Both the position numbers and the translations under genes were made by a program. DNA of 64,000 nt from the human T2T-CHM13v2.0 reference genome, Homo sapiens: NCBI RefSeq assembly GCF_009914755.1, contig NC_060940.1; one strand, given 5' to 3'. Under the pieces are notes generated by a model that was not told where the DNA came from, ran no database searches, and saw nothing but the letters and a program-made list of their open reading frames with translations. Within the stretch, counting starts at the first letter, position 1; each line of letters opens with the position of its first letter. Below, piece after piece: positions 56,142-64,000 of this stretch.

Positions 56142-56658
56142 TTTGACTTTTCAGGAATGGGGAGCTTCAGAAGGATTCTCAACAGAGAGTGAGAGATTTA
56201 GCTTTGGAAACTCTGGCAGCTGTCTGTGATGGCCAAGAGGAAGGCAGGACTGCAGACCAGTGTAAATCATGACCTTTCTTCCTCTTTTCTTCCTCCTCCT
56301 GGAAATCAGTGAGGTAAGCTGGCAAGAGTCTATTGCTCTTCAGCCAGAAACACTAAGCTCTGTGGGCACTCCTCCCAGATGGCAAATGATATCTATCGCA
56401 ACAAGCAAAGTGAATATGTCACATCTCTTAGGTTTCTGGGAGAGGTTTGTTTCTCCTGAGAAAGTGTGCTCACTCACACTCAACAGCTATGGGATCTTGA
56501 GAGAGTTACTTTCCTGTCTGTGCCTGTTCTCTTGTCTGTGAAATGGAGCTAATAACAGTACCTACTTCTTGGAGTTTTGTGAGGATTAATTAATATATTA
56601 CAAGAGCCTACAACAGGGCCTGGTACGTAGTAAGTGTGGTTATATGTGTTAGCTCTTA

Positions 56659-57473
56659 ACATCATCACATCTTCCTCCCCACTATCACCATCATCATCAC
56701 CACCACTACCACCATCAACATCATCACCGCCACCATCACTATCATCATCACCACTGCCACCACTACCATTATCACCACGACCATCGCCATCATCACCATC
56801 AACATCATCACCACCATCATCACCATCAACACCATCACCACCACCACCATCACCATCATCACCGTCATCATCACCACCCCCACCATCACCATCATCACCG
56901 TCAACATCACCACCACCACCACCATCATCACCATCAACATCATCACCACCACCACCATCAACATCATCATCACCACTGCCACCATCACCATCACCATCAA
57001 CATCATCACCACCGCCACCATCACCATCATCACCGTCATCATCACCACCCCCACCATCACCATCATCACCATCAACATCATCACCACCACCACCATCATC
57101 ACCATCAACATCATCACCACCACCACCATCATCACCATCAACATCACCACCACCACCATCAACATCATCATCACCACCGCCACCATCACCATCATCACCA
57201 TCAACATCGTCACCACCGCCACCATCACCATCATCACCGTCAACATCGTCACCACCGCCACCATCACCATCATCACCGTCAACATCGTCACCACCGCCAC
57301 CATCACCATCATCACCGTCAACATCGTCACCACCGCCACCATCACCATCATCACCGTCAACATCGTCACCACCGCCACCATCACCATCATCACCGTCAAC
57401 ATCGTCACCACCGCCACCATCACCATCATCACCATCATCATCACCACCACCACCATCACCGTCAACATCATCA
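56659..57473. repeat. (CCA/TCA)n trinucleotide-derived array containing a 39-bp minisatellite (57174-57440)
   Basis: Unit ccaccgccaccatcaccatcatcaccgtcaacatcgtca, six copies plus a partial seventh. Confidence 0.95.
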
Positions 57474-57828
57474 TTTTATTTTAGAGAAAGTTTATCTGTT
57501 GAACCTGATTTGCCAGAGGTAAGAGGGATATGACTGGATATCATTCTTCCCCAAGGGTGGAAGCAAGGAGTCAACCCTCAGCCTCTGCACAATCTCCTGG
57601 CTATATCCACAGAGCTTGACTCGGGTTGTTGGCAAACCCCTGTGTCTTCACCCACCAAAACCAGTTGAGCCATGATTCCCAAATGGCTCCCACTCTCAAA
57701 ATAATTCCATTGGGTCTGATCTGTTAAGTTGCAAAATAACAAAAAACTCAATAATAGGAACATAAACAGAGGTTAAATTTTCTCTAGTTACATGGAATCT
57801 GGAGGTTGGTCACAACTGGTGCGGTTCA

Positions 57829-58233
<405 letters not shown>

Positions 58234-58384
58234 TCACAGATGTCAGTGCTCCTGTACTGCAGTTGTCTTGGCCTTCTCTCATGGCGGCAAGATGTTTCAC
58301 AGCAGGAAGACCCTTTCAGTCAGGAAAGCCAACCTTATCCCAGAAGCATTCCCCTACACACAGAAACTTCCATTTGGGTTTCTT

Positions 58385-61378
<2,994 letters not shown>

Positions 61379-62993
61379 GACCGAAAGGCTTGGAAACAAG
61401 TAAGCGTGTTAGGATATAATGAGGATTGAGCTTATACTGAGGCAAGACTTGGGAACCCCTAGATGGGGGAACAGAGGTTTTACTATCTTGGTGCCTTTGG
61501 ACCTGCTCCCAGGACTGACGGAGCAGTCACAGATAAAGTCTGGGCATCTTGGGCAGGAACTTGAACAGTGGGACTGTATGCAAGAAGACATTTATTATCT
61601 CTCTTGCACCCGAGAACAATGCCCTGTTTTCTTTAACTTTGTAATTTGACATAATTTCAGACTGGCGGGAAAGTTGGGAGAAGAGTACAAAGAATTCCCG
61701 AAGTCTCTTCCCCCAGATTTCCTGAATGTCTTAGCCTCTGACCACAGCTGTGCTTTCTTTGCCTGTCTTCTCAATGCCACGTTCATCTCCATTTCACAAC
61801 CAAGCAACAGACCAAGGCAACAGGCTTCGACTTTGCTTCTTTCTCATTTTCATCCTGATAAGAACAGCAATTGACATTTTGAATGCCTAATCCACGCCAG
61901 GCACTATTCTAGGCACTGCGATACGTACCTTGCCATTTCACCATTTCATAGCCCTATGAGGTGGGTCTATTATTATCCCCATTTTACAGATGGGGAAACT
62001 GAAGCACAGGGAGGATGATCTACTTTGCCCAAAGTCACATAGTCAATACGTAGCAGAGTTGGTATGCCAATGCCGGCAGTCTAGAGGCAAGCGAGGAAAC
62101 CGACGAAGGATGACTTGACTGGGAAAACAGGATGGGAGCCCAGTTTGGGAGTCCAGGAGGGGATATAGCCCAAGCCATACATTCCCAAAGGACTTCAAAG
62201 GTAGACTTTTGCTGTCGTCTCCCGATGACATGGGGCACAAACTCAGAAACACAGACAGGACAAAGGCAGCTTGCAGGGCTGAACTGCCTGGGATGAAGCA
62301 TCAACCGTGTGGGTGTGCGGATGTGTGAGTAATGAGTGTGAGGGAGTATGAGTGTGGACGGGAGTGGAAGTCACACCTAATCCAGAGGATTCCTATTCCT
62401 CCTGAAACCCAAGCTTCCAGGAAAGCCCTTCCTGTGGCCTTCTCTCCCTAGTCCTCTTAGCGTCTGCCTGGGCTGCCCCCAGTACGGGGTTTATTACACT
62501 CAATTGCTTACATCTGTTCACTTCAATTGCTTACGTCTGCTCACTTGTCAGTGCCCCAACCAGGTCCTCAGGGCTAGGAAGCAGGGGCTGGATCTATTTC
62601 TTGCTCTCCCTAGCCCCCAGCTCACGACTTGGCATATGGAGGCATCCACAAACAGATGCCGAAGGATGGGAGTTTTTCCACACTCCCACGCCACCTCCAG
62701 GTATTTGCTCATGCTGTCCCTTCCACCTGCATGTTTTTCTGCATTGATTCAGGCACTGGTCAGAGGTCACCTCCTCCAGGAAGCCATCCCTGACCCCAGG
62801 GAACTGACTTATCTTTACTGTCACTTCTGGGGGTGGGTTGGTGGCTGTCTTGCTCACTTGGTTGTAAGGTCTCAGAGGGCAGGGATTGTGTCTGTTTCAT
62901 GTCTTCAGGTCTGCGTCATCAGCGCTTGTCACAAGGTTAGACACACAGTAGGACCAAGACAGACCAAGTACATGAAAGAATGATTGACATATG

Positions 62994-63290
62994 GGCCAGG
63001 CGTGGTGGCTCACACCTGTAATCCCAGCACTTCGGGAGGCAGAGGCAGGCAGATCACCTGAGGTCAGGAGTTTGATACCAGCCTGGCCAACATAGTGAAA
63101 CCTCATGTCTACTAAAAATACAAAAATGAGCCGGACGTGGTGGTGCACGCTTGTAATTCCAGCTACTCAGGAGGCTGAGGCAGGAGAATTGCTTGAACTC
63201 AGGAAGTGGAGGTTGCAGTGAGCTGAGATCACCCACTGCACTCCAGCCTAGGCAATGGAATGAGACCCCATCTTCAAAAAAAAAAAAAGA
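62994..63290 (+). mobile_element. AluS with TSD aaagaatgattgac
   Basis: Alu consensus; TSD on both sides. Confidence 0.93.
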
Positions 63291-63864
63291 ATGATTGACG
63301 TGCAGTGGCCCCTGCCCTGGGAAGCCAACCCTCACCCTCCACCACAGCACTTGATCCCATTGGGCAGTCCTTGGCTTCCACCCTCAAACTGAGAGCTCCT
63401 TGAGGGCAGCAGGGGGTCAAATTACTCTCTGGGTTCTCAGCACTGCCCAGTGTGAGTCCAAATATCTCCCACCTCCCCTGTCTCCGCTCTTTCCTCACTC
63501 AGGGCTCCACAGCCATGCCGGCCTTCAGCAATTCCTCCTGCAGGCTGAGCTGGTTCCCACAGGGCCTTTGCACTAGCTCTTCCCTCTCCCTACACAAGTC
63601 TTCCCCCATAGGCTCTTCAGAGTCTCAGCTCAAATGGCCTCTACTCAAAAAGCCTCTTCCAGACCACCTGCCCCACTGGTCTAAGAGGTCCCTACTTTCT
63701 TCTTGGGCCCTCCTGACCTGAAATACTTTGTTGAGTGTTTTCCCCCCAGTCATCTGGCTGCATCCGGGTTCTTATGGTGTCCAGACGTTAATGGTCTATG
63801 GGGCCTGTGTTCGAATCCCAGCTCCACCCCTGCTCCTGCTTACCTGCAGAGTGATTCTGAGTTT

Positions 63865-64000
63865 CTTTCTTTTCTTTTTTAAAATTTTATAAATGTCAAT
63901 TTTTGTAGATAGGGGTCTCGCTAACAGGGTTGCCCAGGCTGGTCTCGAACTATGGGGTTCAAGTGATCCTCCCGCCTCAGCTTCCCAAAGTGCTGGGATT
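63865..64000 (-). mobile_element. Alu/FLAM fragment running off the window end
   Basis: Alu consensus. Confidence 0.85.

Noticed and set aside
56634-57533. 299-aa Ser/Pro extensin-like ORF and the antisense 269-aa Met/Val ORF
   Set aside because: Stop-free by construction of the CCA/TCA repeat; starts at GTG in MIR-like sequence; no promoter or splice support.

Overview
Primate (very likely human) genomic DNA, dense in Alu, L1, LTR and DNA-transposon remnants. The only protein-coding sequence I can support is the 5' end of NSMCE1 (SMC5/6 subunit NSE1) on the minus strand: a 5'UTR exon 1 (about 19337-19403), an 11 kb intron 1, and exon 2 (8061-8207) encoding MQGSTRRMGVMTDVHRRFLQLLMTHGVLEEWDVKRLQTHCYKVHD. 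The rest of the gene lies left of the window. A CpG-rich bidirectional-type promoter sits at about 19.1-19.6 kb. To its right, splice and poly(A) signals fit a divergent lncRNA (recalled as NSMCE1-DT/FLJ21408, about 18.8-41.1 kb). From recalled gene order (16p12.1, unverified) the right end approaches the IL4R promoter. Nearly all other ORFs in the track are Alu, L1 or simple-repeat artefacts. I found no new multi-gene system. The most interesting candidates are: (1) a tandem splice donor that switches an exon-1 AUG between an overlapping uORF and an in-frame N-terminal extension; (2) a 4-bp duplication in an Alu that creates a GTAAGT donor next to the divergent promoter; (3) a recurring set of short locally templated duplications; (4) a twin-primed L1PA3-like insertion inside an Alu; (5) candidate VNTRs. 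All repeat family names come from recalled consensus sequences, and repeat boundaries are approximate.
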